Shown one piece after another: positions 33,606-34,205 of a stretch of DNA of 34,205 nt. Origin of the DNA: Octopus bimaculoides (Eukaryota); assembly GCF_001194135.2 (NCBI RefSeq), contig NC_069000.1:12623333-12657537 (forward strand). The letters are read 5' to 3'. Each line of letters starts with the position of its first letter. Within the stretch, counting starts at the first letter, position 1. The translations under genes were made by a program, and so were the position numbers. The notes beneath the pieces were generated by a model. That model saw only the letters and a program-made list of their open reading frames with translations, was not told the DNA's origin and made no database searches.

Positions 33606-34205
33606 AATAGGTATATGCATATGTATGCACACATACAATGTGTGTACGTATATTTAAATAGAACGAGAACAACAAGCTTCATCTTGAGTTTCAAGTCCAA
33701 AATACATTTACCCAAGATGTTAATTTTCATGTTGATTTTCATATATTTCAAAGGGCACGTGCGATGCGAAGGCAGCCAATGAATCACTATGGATGTTGTT
33801 TATATATTCTAATGAGCATGTTGCTTAGCAACAAATGAGTTGGTTTTATGTTTGTGTAAACGTGTATTTAGCTACATACGTTCGTATAAGTTTTGTTATA
33901 TTCATAACGTTGTAGTTCTTACGATCAGAAAAGCTTTTTTTGTCTGTGTGTTTTACTTGTTGTTTCCTTTTGTTTTTGTAGCTGTCATTGTTGATGTTGT
34001 TGTTGTCGTCTTTGTTGGTGTTGTTATTGTTATTTCTCTTTCGTTGTATAAACAATCATTTTTTTTTCTTCTTTTTCTGGGCAATGACATCTGGCGGCAT
34101 ATCTTTGACCAAAATATTTCCCTGATGTCACGCTGAGCTAACTTCCCACTATTTTAAATCTCCCCTCATTTTCTCTCTCTTTCTCTCTCTCTCTCCCACT
34201 CTCTC

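Overview
AT-rich, gene-poor eukaryotic DNA, either intergenic or inside a large intron, with about 12 N-gaps that mostly start at microsatellites. The microsatellite load and the tRNA-derived SINE families look like a coleoid cephalopod, most likely Octopus; this is inference from recalled repeat families, not a database hit. I recognise no complete host protein-coding gene, and nearly all ORFs in the track are microsatellite or gap artefacts. Supported content: (1) three 3' fragments of restriction-like-endonuclease (RLE; R4/Dong/NeSL-type) non-LTR retrotransposons, two tied to (TAA)n tracts; (2) a Chapaev/CMC-like transposase C-terminal relic, a Tc1/mariner FQxD relic and a Tigger/pogo-like MITE; (3) about 20 SINE copies or fragments from 4-5 families, including a full-length copy with a 9-bp TSD, a nested tandem cluster and an inverted pair; (4) two long near-perfect fold-back elements with nested internal palindromes (14374-14507, 30848-30958); (5) a 220-bp non-coding local duplication. 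Four short minus-strand segments have canonical splice sites and may be exons of an unidentified transcript (low confidence). I found no convincing multi-gene novel system. The hairpin elements are the best leads.
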